From Kofleriaceae bacterium (GTDB lineage Bacteria > Myxococcota_A > Polyangia > Haliangiales > Haliangiaceae), in the NCBI GenBank assembly GCA_965215005.1, contig CBDCCZ010000054.1, positions 224,001 through 288,000 on the forward strand: 64,000 bases of DNA, written 5' to 3'. The translations under genes were made by a program, and so were the position numbers. Numbering within the stretch: position 1 is the stretch's first letter; each line of letters opens with the position of its first letter. The notes beneath the pieces are model-generated. The model was given only the letters and a program-made list of their open reading frames with translations, did no database searches and was not told the origin of the DNA. Below, piece after piece: positions 55,048 to 64,000 of this stretch.

Positions 55048-55185
55048 GGGTTAGCCTCCTCGGCCAGATGACCTTTCGCAGGAGATTCATCGAGCAGCAT
55101 AGACGGCATCACAGGATGCCGTCACCCCCCCTTCTGCTCGTTCGTGACGAACGACGCATGCCGCCCCAACCCGACACGATGTAGG

Positions 55186-56457
55186 TCACGCTGTTGCGTT
55201 TAGCGCCTCTTCGAAGATAGCAACGGCGGTATCGACTTGGTCTTTGGTGACCACCAGCGGCGGCAGCCAGCGCGCGACGTTGCCAAAGGCCCCGCAGCGC
55301 AACATGAGAAGTCCGCGCCGCTCGACCTCCTCTAGTAGCTTTGCGGTGCGGTCGCCATCGGGTTTACCGCTCGCATCGACCATCCAAGTGCCGAGCATCA
55401 AGCCCTTGCCGCGGATGTGGCCGATGGCGCCGTGCTGCTTCTGCAGCTCGATGAGCCGCGCACGCAGATGCGCCCCCATCCGCTCGGCGTTCTCCACCAG
55501 CTTCTCCTCGCGGATGACGCGAAGCGTGGCTACCGCCGCCGCGGAGGCCACTGCGTTGCCACCGTAGGTGCCGCCCTGCGAGCCCATCCAACCCTTAGCC
55601 ATCAGCTCTTCACGCGCGCCGAATGCCGACAATGGAAAGCCGCTCGCGAGTCCCTTGGCGGTGATGACAATGTCCGGTTGGGCATCGAAGTGCTCGTGTC
55701 CCCAGAACTTGCCGGTCCGGCCGTAGCCGGCTTGGACCTCATCGAGAACCAGCAGAATACCGTGCTCGTCGCAGCGCTCGCGCAGGCCAGCCAGGAAGGC
55801 GGCATTGGCGGGCGTGTAGCCGCCCTCGCCTTGAATGGGCTCGATGAAGAATGCCGCTGTCTCGTTGGGAGCGCAGTAGGTCATAAAGATGCGATCGAGC
55901 TCGCGCAGACAGAACTCGGTCGTGGTTGCTTCATCCCAACCGTAGTGAAATGGATCGGGGAACGGCGCCACGATCACGCCACCCATTAGCGGCTGCAAGC
56001 CGGCGCGCAGCTTTACGCTCGAGGTCGTCATCGACAATGCGCCGACGGTACGGCCGTGAAACGAGCCGTGGAACACGATGAGGTTCGGCCTTCCGGTCGC
56101 GTGTCGACAAAGTCGCATGGCGGCCTCTACAGCCTCGGTTCCGGCGCTGGCGAAGAAGAACCGGTCGATGGGGCTCGGCATCACCTCCGCGAGCCCCGCG
56201 CTCAGCTCCTTGAGCTTGGGATGCATGACAGTGGTGTATTGCCCATGGATCAAGTTGCCGGCTTGCTCGCGCGCGGCCGCGACGACCGCCGGATGGCAGT
56301 GGCCGGTGCTGGTCACGCCGATACCCGACGTAAAGTCCAGATAGCGCTTGTCCTCAGGGTCAAAAAGATAACAACCCTCGCCGCGCACCGCCGTGACTCG
56401 ACTCGATTGTTTGAGCAGCGGCGAAAGTTGTCCATCTCGTGTCGATGCAGTTCCCAT
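55186..56457 (-). CDS. Class III PLP aminotransferase (4-aminobutyrate/diaminobutyrate aminotransferase-like)
   Basis: YLDFTSGIG, GTEAVE, SFHGRT, EPIQGEGG, DEVQAGYGRTG, AKGLASG, GGTYGGN. Confidence 0.93.
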   Translation of the reverse strand: MGTASTRDGQLSPLLKQSSRVTAVRGEGCYLFDPEDKRYLDFTSGIGVTSTGHCHPAVVAAAREQAGNLIHGQYTTVMHPKLKELSAGLAEVMPSPIDRFFFASAGTEAVEAAMRLCRHATGRPNLIVFHGSFHGRTVGALSMTTSSVKLRAGLQPLMGGVIVAPFPDPFHYGWDEATTTEFCLRELDRIFMTYCAPNETAAFFIEPIQGEGGYTPANAAFLAGLRERCDEHGILLVLDEVQAGYGRTGKFWGHEHFDAQPDIVITAKGLASGFPLSAFGAREELMAKGWMGSQGGTYGGNAVASAAAVATLRVIREEKLVENAERMGAHLRARLIELQKQHGAIGHIRGKGLMLGTWMVDASGKPDGDRTAKLLEEVERRGLLMLRCGAFGNVARWLPPLVVTKDQVDTAVAIFEEALNATA

Positions 56458-56488
56458 GCAACGAGCATCCCTCGCTGCCGAGTCTCGA

Positions 56489-57658
56489 TCAACCCGAGCG
56501 GTGCAGCGCTCCGAGAATCGACTCAGCGATCGCTGCGGTGGTGCGCCGCGCCTGGCCATGCTGGCGCAGGTCCTCTGCGACGGCTGCATGGAGGCGGCGG
56601 GCGGCGCTGGCTGCCCGAGGATCTTCTTGCCCCATCCAATCGAGCATCATGGCAGTGGTTAGTAGCATCGCTCGGGGATCGGCGATGTCCTGACCGACGA
56701 TATCCGGCGCGCTGCCGTGAGTCGGCTCGAACATGGGTGGCCGCGAGCGGTCGGATGGATTGATGTTGCAGGATGGCGCAACGCCCATGCCTCCACACAA
56801 AACCGCCGCGAGGTCCGTGAGAATGTCACCTTGCAAGTTGCTTGCAACGACGACGTCGAACATCCATGGGCTGGCGACGAACTTCATGCACGCTGCATCG
56901 ACCAACTCATGATGAGTGGCGATATCTGGATAGTTCTTGGCAACCTCGGCAAAGACCTCAGTCCACATCTGGCCCCAGTAGGCAAGGGCGTTTCGCTTGG
57001 TCACAAGACACACTTGTGCTGCCGCATCGCTGCCAGCGGCGGTGCGGAACTGGCGTGGGCGTCGTGCTCCGGCCGCACGCTCTGCGGCACGCTGTCGGGC
57101 ACGCTCGAAGGCGTGAGTAAAAATTCGCTCGGCGCCGCGGCGCGTAAACACTTCCACCTGCGTGGCGAGCTCAGCAGGGCTGCCTACGCCCACGCGACCG
57201 CCCTGGCCGATGTATTCGCCTTCGCTGTTTTCGCGAATCACCAGTAAGTCGAGCTCGCCGGCGCGTGGATCGGCGAGATATTGCCGCGCGCCTTCGATGG
57301 TGATAGCCGGACGCTCGCATGCCCATAAGTCGAACCCCTGGCGAATCTCGAGCAGCGGCGCCAGCGAAACACCATCTGTCAACCGAAAGCGGTCGGTGGC
57401 GGTGAGCGGCCCGGGATCGCCGAGGGCGCCCAGCAGCAGCGCATCGTACTGCGCCAGCTGCGCTTTCCAGTCGCCGGGCATGCCCGCGCCGTTCTCGGCA
57501 TAGTATGCGGTGGACGGCCACGCGAGCTCAGTGAGCTGCAAGCGCAGCTCGCCGAGCGCCGCGAGCGCGTCCGCGGCAACGCGCATCACCTCGGGACCGA
57601 TGCCATCTCCCGGCGCGAGCGCGATCTTCCATTGGCTACGTGCGGCGCTCTCGACCAT
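56489..57658 (-). CDS. Isocitrate/isopropylmalate/tartrate dehydrogenase family enzyme (tartrate dehydrogenase-like)
   Basis: GDGIGPEV, IRENSEGEY, VTKRNA, VDAACMKFV..P..FDVVVASNLQGDILTDL, FEPTHGSAPDI. Confidence 0.9.
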   Translation of the reverse strand: MVESAARSQWKIALAPGDGIGPEVMRVAADALAALGELRLQLTELAWPSTAYYAENGAGMPGDWKAQLAQYDALLLGALGDPGPLTATDRFRLTDGVSLAPLLEIRQGFDLWACERPAITIEGARQYLADPRAGELDLLVIRENSEGEYIGQGGRVGVGSPAELATQVEVFTRRGAERIFTHAFERARQRAAERAAGARRPRQFRTAAGSDAAAQVCLVTKRNALAYWGQMWTEVFAEVAKNYPDIATHHELVDAACMKFVASPWMFDVVVASNLQGDILTDLAAVLCGGMGVAPSCNINPSDRSRPPMFEPTHGSAPDIVGQDIADPRAMLLTTAMMLDWMGQEDPRAASAARRLHAAVAEDLRQHGQARRTTAAIAESILGALHRSG

Positions 57659-57661
57659 GAC

Positions 57662-58060
57662 TCAGTCTTTGATTTCTTCGGCGGCGAGCTCGTACGAGCC
57701 GTCTTTGTTGTGTACTTCGGTGCCGTGTAACGCTGGACTGAACACGCACGCGAGCTCGAGCTCGCTATGAGCGCGCAGCACGTGCTTGTCGTGCTTGTCG
57801 AGCGCATAGATCATACCCGGCGAAATCGGGTGCTTTTCCCCCGTTCGCAGGTCTTCGATCTCGCCCTCGCCCTGGATGCAGTACACCGACTCCAGGTGGT
57901 TTTGGTACCAGAGCTGGAGCTCGGCGCCGCGATAGATGGTGGTGATGTGAAACGAGAAGTTCATCTCGTCGTTCTTGAGAAGGAGTCGCACTGACTCGAA
58001 TCCCTCGGAGGAGATACGGCGTTTGCTTTTCCTGGCTTCTTGAAGACGTCTTACGATCAC
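57662..58060 (-). CDS. ectC: L-ectoine synthase (solitary; no ectA in window)
   Basis: MIVRRL...[71 protein letters not shown] start with GGAG RBS. Confidence 0.95.
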   Translation of the reverse strand: MIVRRLQEARKSKRRISSEGFESVRLLLKNDEMNFSFHITTIYRGAELQLWYQNHLESVYCIQGEGEIEDLRTGEKHPISPGMIYALDKHDKHVLRAHSELELACVFSPALHGTEVHNKDGSYELAAEEIKD

Positions 58061-58198
58061 GTTGATGCTCCAAACTCTTGGTGAGAAGTACGGAAGGAGA
58101 GGGCAGCCTACCATCTCGTCCGAGGCTTTGCAGGGCAGCGCCATCGCTCGATCGGCTTGCGTTGTCGGTGGTGAGCTGCGAAATTGCCGCCGCTGCTC

Positions 58199-59290
58199 AT
58201 GTACCGATTTCTGCGTCCCTTGCTGTTTCGTCTCGATGCCGAGCGCGCGCATCACTTGGCCACCACAGCGGCGCAGCTCGCGCAGTCGCTGGGCTCGCCG
58301 CTGATTGCGCCGCTGTTTGCGCATCGCGATTCCAAGCTCGTGCAGTCGCTCTGGGAGCTGGAGTTTGCCAATCCGGTCGGTCTGGCGGCGGGATTCGATA
58401 AGAACGCCACGCTGATGCGATTTTGGCAGGAGTTGGGGTTTGGCTTCGTGGAAGTTGGCTCGGTGAGCTCGCGACCATCCCGCGGCAATCCACGGCCGCG
58501 CGCGTTCCGACTGCCTGCCGATCGAGCCCTCATCAATCGCATGGGACTCAACAACGATGGCGCGGATCGCATCGCGCCTCGGCTCGAGCGCGCGCGCCGA
58601 CAGCTTGGCGTGCCGGTAGGCATCAACATCGCCAAGACCCATGATCCTACCATTGTAGAAGATGCCGCCATCCGCGACTTCTGCGAGAGCTTTCGCGTCA
58701 TGTGCGGCCTAGGCGACTACATCGTTCTCAATATCTCGTGTCCCAACACGAGAGAAGGGAAGACGTTCGAGGAGCCGCGCGCTTTGGAGGCGCTCTTGGC
58801 CGCCATCATGGCCGAGCGGGAAGCGCTGCGCTCTGCGGTGCCGGTGCTGATCAAGCTCGGACCTCCCGCCGATGAGGTTGGCGCCCAGACCGCGGAGCTC
58901 GTGGATATCGCTACCGCGCATCGGGTGCATGGATTCGTGGCGACCAACACCGCCAGTGATCGCCATGGACTTGCCAGCGACACCACCACGATCGCGCGTG
59001 CCGGCGCTGGGGGGCTGAGCGGCGCACCACTGGCGGATCGCTCGACGCGCCTGATACGCTTCTTGTATCGCCAAACCGGCGGCACAGTGCCCATCATCGG
59101 AGTGGGCGGCGTGGCCTCCGCGGAGGCTGCCTACGAGAAATTGCGCGCCGGCGCGAGCCTCGTGCAGCTTTACACAGCTCTCGTCTATGAAGGACCCGGC
59201 GTGGTGGGGCGTATCAACCGCGGGCTCGTCGAGCTACTGGAGCGCGACGGCTTCAGCTCGATCGCCGAGGCTACGGGGGTAGACTGCTGA
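58199..59290 (+). CDS. pyrD: Quinone-dependent dihydroorotate dehydrogenase
   Basis: [56 protein letters not shown]. Confidence 0.96.
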   Translation: MYRFLRPLLFRLDAERAHHLATTAAQLAQSLGSPLIAPLFAHRDSKLVQSLWELEFANPVGLAAGFDKNATLMRFWQELGFGFVEVGSVSSRPSRGNPRPRAFRLPADRALINRMGLNNDGADRIAPRLERARRQLGVPVGINIAKTHDPTIVEDAAIRDFCESFRVMCGLGDYIVLNISCPNTREGKTFEEPRALEALLAAIMAEREALRSAVPVLIKLGPPADEVGAQTAELVDIATAHRVHGFVATNTASDRHGLASDTTTIARAGAGGLSGAPLADRSTRLIRFLYRQTGGTVPIIGVGGVASAEAAYEKLRAGASLVQLYTALVYEGPGVVGRINRGLVELLERDGFSSIAEATGVDC

Positions 59291-59367
59291 CGCCGATGGC
59301 AGAGGTTTGCCGATAGAAACAGCGTAACGCAGTCGCGGTCGTGAGCGTGGCCAAGATATAAGCCCTC

Positions 59368-59718
59368 ATGATTCGAATCACGAGTCTTCTCAGTGCCATG
59401 GGGATCTTGATTGCGCTCGCCGCAGGCAGCGGCTGTGGGCGGACCAGATTCCGCGGTGACGCGAGGGTCCCCAACGGTCCATCAGGTTGCGAGGCAATCT
59501 GTGCGGCCTGGGGGATGGACATGGCGGGAATGGTCGCGGTGGGCGGATATTCCACGGCCTGCGTGTGCGAAGTCCCCGGCAAAGAGGTCGCGGTTACTAG
59601 CGTGGCGGCGGCCGTCGTTCCGGCGGTGGCCGGCGTGGTCATGCAGCAGCGTCGCCGAGAGGCGCTGCTGCTGGCGCTGCTGCAACAGCAGGCGATGCAA
59701 GGACAACAGGCGCGCTGA
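59368..59718 (+). CDS. Small Cys-containing hypothetical lipoprotein
   Basis: GSGC lipobox; CEAIC...CVC; Gln-rich tail. Confidence 0.65.
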   Translation: MIRITSLLSAMGILIALAAGSGCGRTRFRGDARVPNGPSGCEAICAAWGMDMAGMVAVGGYSTACVCEVPGKEVAVTSVAAAVVPAVAGVVMQQRRREALLLALLQQQAMQGQQAR

Positions 59719-59758
59719 CGGTCGCAAACCGGCGGCCGCCGACATATCGTAGCGGCCA

Positions 59759-60703
59759 ATGCCACACTGGATGATCAAGGCCGCCCTGCAGGGGGCGCTC
59801 TCGCGCTTGCCCGAGCCGCAGCGCTGGAATCGCCTGTTTCAGCGTTACGTCACGAAGTCGCTCGACCTCACGGATGAATACTTTCTCGAGAAGTGGCAGC
59901 AGTGTGAGCGACATCTAGAGAATTTCCGCAAACATCACGCGAGCGCGGGTGGCTTCACTGCGCTCGAGCTCGGCACTGGTTGGATGCCCATCACGCCCGT
60001 AGGGCTCGCACTCGGCGGCGCGCGACGGGTGTACACCCTGGATATGCAGAGTCTGGTTCGCAAGCCCCAGGTGCTCGCGGTGCTGCGTGCTTACCAGACG
60101 CATCTGCGCCGGGGAACCATCTCCATGGCCGACCCACTGGCGATGGAGCGGCTGAGCGAGTTGGTCGCGCGGGCACGGCAGCTATCGGTTCGCGAGATGC
60201 TCGCGGCGCTGGGCATCGAGACGCTGGTGGCCGACGCGCGGCGCGCGCCGCTCGCAGACCAGTCCGTGGATTTGTTCCTCTCGAACAACACGCTCGAGCA
60301 TATTCCCGGCGAGGTCATCGGCGACATTTTTCGCGAGTTCCGCCGCATGGCTTCTAGCGGCGCGATCATGAGCCATTTCATCGATATGACTGACCACTAC
60401 ACCACGTTCGATAGCTCGATCAGTGTGTACAACTTCTTGCAGTTCTCCGAGCGCCGCTGGTCGCTGTTCAACAACGAGTTGCAGTATCAAAACCGCCTGC
60501 GGTTGCCGGATTTTCGCGAGCTCCACCAAAAGACGGGCTGGGTCGTCGAAGAAGAAGATAATTACGCTGAGCCGCCCGAGGCGCTGCACGGCCTCGAGCT
60601 GGCGGAGGAATTTGCGCATTACGACGAAGCGGAGCTGCGCGTGTATGCCAGCTGGATGGTGTCGCGCCGTCCAAATGAATCCAGCCCCGACCGCACCGCA
60701 TAA
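59759..60703 (+). CDS. Class I SAM-dependent methyltransferase
   Basis: LELGTG motif I; SVDLFLSNNTLEHI; HFIDMTDH, NRLR. Confidence 0.85.
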   Translation: MPHWMIKAALQGALSRLPEPQRWNRLFQRYVTKSLDLTDEYFLEKWQQCERHLENFRKHHASAGGFTALELGTGWMPITPVGLALGGARRVYTLDMQSLVRKPQVLAVLRAYQTHLRRGTISMADPLAMERLSELVARARQLSVREMLAALGIETLVADARRAPLADQSVDLFLSNNTLEHIPGEVIGDIFREFRRMASSGAIMSHFIDMTDHYTTFDSSISVYNFLQFSERRWSLFNNELQYQNRLRLPDFRELHQKTGWVVEEEDNYAEPPEALHGLELAEEFAHYDEAELRVYASWMVSRRPNESSPDRTA

Positions 60704-60771
60704 AACCCCTGCGAGGTACCCGTCGCTGCGCTTGCGGCGGTCCGCGGGTCCTCGAATATCGAGACATCACC

Positions 60772-61665
60772 ATGATTTCTGAGCTATTTCGTTCCGAGCG
60801 TTGGCGCCAGGTTCCTGGCTTCTCCTTTGCCGATATCACCTATCACCGCGCTATCGATCAAGGAACGGTGCGCATCGCATTCCACCGCCCCGAAGTTCGC
60901 AATGCGTTCCGCCCCAAGACCGTTGATGAGCTCTACACGGCTCTAGAGCATGCGCGCACCACCAGCGACGTCGCTTGCGTACTGCTTACCGGCAATGGTC
61001 CGTCGCCCAAAGATGGCGGTTGGGCGTTCTGCTCGGGCGGCGATCAACGGATCCGCGGCGCCGATGGCTATAAGTACGAAGGTGCCGAAGGCGTGCCTGA
61101 TCCGGCCCGCCTCGGGCGCTTGCACATTCTCGAGGTGCAGCGACTGATCCGCTTCATGCCCAAAGTGGTCATTGCGGTCGTTCCTGGATGGGCGGTTGGT
61201 GGTGGCCACAGCTTGCACGTGGTTTGCGATTTGACGCTTGCCTCGAAAGAGCATGGCATCTTCAAGCAGACCGATGCTGACGTCGCCAGCTTTGACTCGG
61301 GCTACGGCTCAGCGCTGTTGGCGCGCCAGGTTGGGCAGAAGCGCGCTCGGGAGATCTTCTTCCTTGGTGCAGACTACAGCGCCGAAGAAGCCTTTGAGAT
61401 GGGAATGGTGAATCGCGCCGTGCCGCATGCGCAGCTCGAAGAGGTCGCTTTGGACTGGGCGCGGGAGATTGGCACCAAGAGCCCAACGGCCATTCGCATG
61501 CTCAAGTACGGCTTCAATCTTCCCGATGATGGAATGGTCGGCCAGCAGCTCTTTGCAGGCGAAGCCACCCGTCTCGCCTACGGCACGGAAGAAGCGCAAG
61601 AAGGTCGCGACGCCTTCGTGCAGAAACGCGCCCGCGACTTCACTCGCTTTCCTTGGCGCTATTGA
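60772..61665 (+). CDS. menB: 1,4-dihydroxy-2-naphthoyl-CoA synthase
   Basis: RPEVRNAFRP, AFCSGGDQRIRG, GWAVGGGHSLHVVCDLT, VGQKRAREIFF, EAQEGRDAF. Confidence 0.96.
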   Translation: MISELFRSERWRQVPGFSFADITYHRAIDQGTVRIAFHRPEVRNAFRPKTVDELYTALEHARTTSDVACVLLTGNGPSPKDGGWAFCSGGDQRIRGADGYKYEGAEGVPDPARLGRLHILEVQRLIRFMPKVVIAVVPGWAVGGGHSLHVVCDLTLASKEHGIFKQTDADVASFDSGYGSALLARQVGQKRAREIFFLGADYSAEEAFEMGMVNRAVPHAQLEEVALDWAREIGTKSPTAIRMLKYGFNLPDDGMVGQQLFAGEATRLAYGTEEAQEGRDAFVQKRARDFTRFPWRY

Positions 61666-61750
61666 GGAAACCGCGCTCTAAGCCCGCCTCAGATTCCACC
61701 TCGCGAGAGCACCGGTGGAATCGCGCGGGTAAATGCCGCATCATGCGTGC

Positions 61751-63715
61751 ATGTCTCGGCTCGAAACGTATCCGATACCAGAGCGCGTGAGAGAAGGCTC
61801 GAATAGCACGATTCGCAGCATGGCGGATTGGCGGGAGGTGTGGCTGGCGGCTAACGCCGATCCGAATGGCTTCTGGCTCGAGGAGACGAAGCGGCGATTG
61901 CGCTGGCGCGAGCCGCCGACGCGTAGCCTCGAAGGTAGCTTCTCCACTGTTGCAAGCGAGCCGCTGAGCTGGTTCGGCGACGGCACGCTCAATGTCACCG
62001 AATCGTGTCTCGACCGGCACGTGGAGACGCATCCCGACAAAGTGGCAATCATCTGGGAAGGGGATGAGCCCGGCGTCACCCGCACGCTTACGTACCGGCA
62101 GCTGCATCGCCAGGTGTGCAAAGCAGCAAATGCGCTCCAAGCGCTCGGGCTCGCGAAGGGCGAACGCGCCATCATCTATATGGGGATGGTGCCCGAGGCG
62201 GCGATCGCGATGCTTGCGTGTGCTCGGCTCGGAGCGATTCATTCCGTGGTGTTCGGCGGCTTCTCGGCCGAGGCACTGCGCGACCGCATACGCGACTGCG
62301 GCGCAGAGCTCATCATCACCCAGAACGAAGGGCGTCGAGGCGGCAGGCCGCTGCCGCTCAAGACGGTGGTCGACGAGGCATGCGAGGGCGAGCGCGGCGT
62401 CAAGAAGGTACTCGTCTATCAGCGCACCGACACTCAAGTGCCGTGGAAAGACGGTCGCGACGTGTGGTGGCACGATGCTGTCGATTCGGCTGCCGAGGGG
62501 GCGCCGGCGGTGGCAACGGGTGCCGAGGATCCGCTGTTCATCCTCTATACCTCGGGCTCGACCGGCAAGCCCAAGGGCCTCGTGCACACCACCGCGGGAT
62601 ATCTGACGTATGTCTCCTATACCCACGAAATAGTATTCGATTTGCGCCCGAATGACGTCTACGCGTGCGTGGCCGACGTTGGCTGGATTACTGGCCACTC
62701 ATACATCGTGTACGGACCGCTCGCGAATGGCGCCACGACGCTCATGTTTGAGTCGACGCCGGCCTATCCAGACCCCTCCCGCTACTGGGACCTCGTCGAG
62801 CGCCATCGCATCAACATTTTCTACACGGCGCCTACTGCGATTCGCGCGCTGGCCGCCCACGGCGACGAACCGGTGAAGGCGCACGATCGCTCGTCGCTGC
62901 GGGTGCTCGGCACGGTCGGAGAGCCCATCAATCCCGAAGCGTGGCATTGGTACTACGACGTCGTTGGGCAGCGGCGCTGCACCATCGTGGACACCTGGTG
63001 GCAAACCGAGACCGGTGGCATCTGCATTACGCCCATTGCCTCGGCAACCCCACCGCGGCCGGCGTACGCGACGCTGCCGATGCCGGGTATCTTTCCGTCG
63101 CTCGTTGATGCCGAAGGCCACGAGCTGCGCGGCCCCGCGCAAGGCCTCTTGTGCATTGATCATCCGTGGCCGGGCCAGGCTCGCACGGTTTGGGGCGATC
63201 ACGACCGCTTCGTCGCCACGTACTTCTCGCAATACCCCGGGCGTTACTTCACCGGCGATGGTGCAATGCGTGAGTCGGATGGCTACTTCCGCATAACCGG
63301 CCGCGTCGACGATGTGCTCAACGTGAGTGGGCATCGCCTGGGAACGGCAGAGCTCGAGGCGGCTCTGATAAACGTGGAGGAAGTTGCGGAGGCCGGGGTG
63401 GTCGGCTTCCCGCATCCCGTAAAAGGGCAGGGCGTCTACGCGTACGTGGTGCTGCAGCCAGGGGCGGAGCCATCCGCAGCGCTCGAGACTTCGATGAATG
63501 ACAGCGTGCGAACGAGCATTGGCCCGATCGCCAAGGTCGACATCATTCAGTTCGTGCCGGGATTGCCAAAGACGCGCTCGGGCAAAGTCATGCGCCGCAT
63601 CCTGCGCAAGGTCGCGGAAGGGCAGCCTGAGGCGCTCGGAGATATCTCGACGCTGGCGGATCCCTCGGTAGTGCGGGCCATCATCGATGGCGCAAAGTCG
63701 TTATCCGGAACGTGA
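61751..63715 (+). CDS. acs: Acetate--CoA ligase (acetyl-CoA synthetase)
   Basis: HSVVFGGFS, YTSGSTGKPKG, DVGWITGHSY, VGEPINP, DTWWQTETG, GRVDDVLNVSGHRLG, LPKTRSGK. Confidence 0.97.
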   Translation: MSRLETYPIPERVREGSNSTIRSMADWREVWLAANADPNGFWLEETKRRLRWREPPTRSLEGSFSTVASEPLSWFGDGTLNVTESCLDRHVETHPDKVAIIWEGDEPGVTRTLTYRQLHRQVCKAANALQALGLAKGERAIIYMGMVPEAAIAMLACARLGAIHSVVFGGFSAEALRDRIRDCGAELIITQNEGRRGGRPLPLKTVVDEACEGERGVKKVLVYQRTDTQVPWKDGRDVWWHDAVDSAAEGAPAVATGAEDPLFILYTSGSTGKPKGLVHTTAGYLTYVSYTHEIVFDLRPNDVYACVADVGWITGHSYIVYGPLANGATTLMFESTPAYPDPSRYWDLVERHRINIFYTAPTAIRALAAHGDEPVKAHDRSSLRVLGTVGEPINPEAWHWYYDVVGQRRCTIVDTWWQTETGGICITPIASATPPRPAYATLPMPGIFPSLVDAEGHELRGPAQGLLCIDHPWPGQARTVWGDHDRFVATYFSQYPGRYFTGDGAMRESDGYFRITGRVDDVLNVSGHRLGTAELEAALINVEEVAEAGVVGFPHPVKGQGVYAYVVLQPGAEPSAALETSMNDSVRTSIGPIAKVDIIQFVPGLPKTRSGKVMRRILRKVAEGQPEALGDISTLADPSVVRAIIDGAKSLSGT

Positions 63716-63722
63716 GCAGCGC

Positions 63723-63760
63723 CTCGTGGTTCACGGCGTGTGTCGTGAACCACGGGGTTT
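63723..63760 (+). terminator. Hairpin after acs (terminator / REP-like)
   Basis: CTCGTGGTTCACGGC-gtgt-GTCGTGAACCACGGG followed by GTTT, between convergent genes. Confidence 0.6.
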
Positions 63761-63780
63761 CACGTTCGATGGTAGAGACC

Positions 63781-64000
63781 TCAGGCGATATGAAGCTCGA
63801 ACCCGCAGGCTTCATGGCCGAGGCCGCCGATGCAGGTGATTTCGCGCGCCTTGGTCTTCTTGCGAAGCACTCCTTCGACCGCGCCGGCAATCAGTCCGCC
63901 CTCGAAATGGCAAAGCACCCGCCCTACTGGCTCCATGCCGCTGCAGGTGATGCACTCGTAAACGTCGACTTGCATCTTCGACTCGGTCATCACAGGCACC
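63781..64000 (-). CDS. V4R domain protein (3' part; continues beyond the window)
   Basis: VYECITCSG...LCHFEGGLIAG...EITCIGGLGHEACGF. Confidence 0.85.
   Translation of the reverse strand, partial: VPVMTESKMQVDVYECITCSGMEPVGRVLCHFEGGLIAGAVEGVLRKKTKAREITCIGGLGHEACGFELHIA

Noticed and set aside
55186..56457. Calling the class III aminotransferase ectB and the locus an ectoine biosynthesis operon
   Set aside because: There is no ectA, the gene order is wrong, and I do not see EctB-typical features such as the ESEVRSY N-terminus; the sequence looks more GabT-like.
58199..59290. pyrD divergent from ectC as a pyrimidine-related partner
   Set aside because: It is an ordinary housekeeping PyrD with no chemical link to ectoine.

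Overview
GC-rich bacterial chromosomal segment whose gene families (MXAN_5187-type protein, PEGA protein, several MshEN/GspE_N proteins, PilT paralogue, Ser/Thr kinase, many lipoproteins) point to a myxobacterium (Myxococcota). Most of it is housekeeping, envelope and signalling genes: glmU, pal, BamA-family, tsaB, thrC, rsmE, prmA, rpsU, pyrD, menB, acs. At least seven genes are broken by single-base indels, mostly in short homopolymers, and look like long-read errors rather than true pseudogenes. Four regions stand out. (1) A tRNA-Leu(TAG)-anchored 1.4-kb islet with att-like ends, candidate arm-site repeats and an orphan SMI1/KNR4 immunity-type gene. (2) A c-di-GMP/type IV pilus module followed by a partner-switching kinase/STAS pair. 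(3) A small conserved-looking gene followed by about 250 nt of stacked hairpins. (4) A 9-kb cluster at 49.0-58.1 kb built around a solitary ectoine synthase (ectC, no ectA), with an amidase, two aminotransferases, an aldehyde dehydrogenase, a tartrate-dehydrogenase-like enzyme and a D-2-hydroxyacid dehydrogenase. By inference this could be an undescribed EutD/DoeA-independent ectoine/hydroxyectoine catabolic route. All product calls come from motif recognition by eye; no database searches were run.
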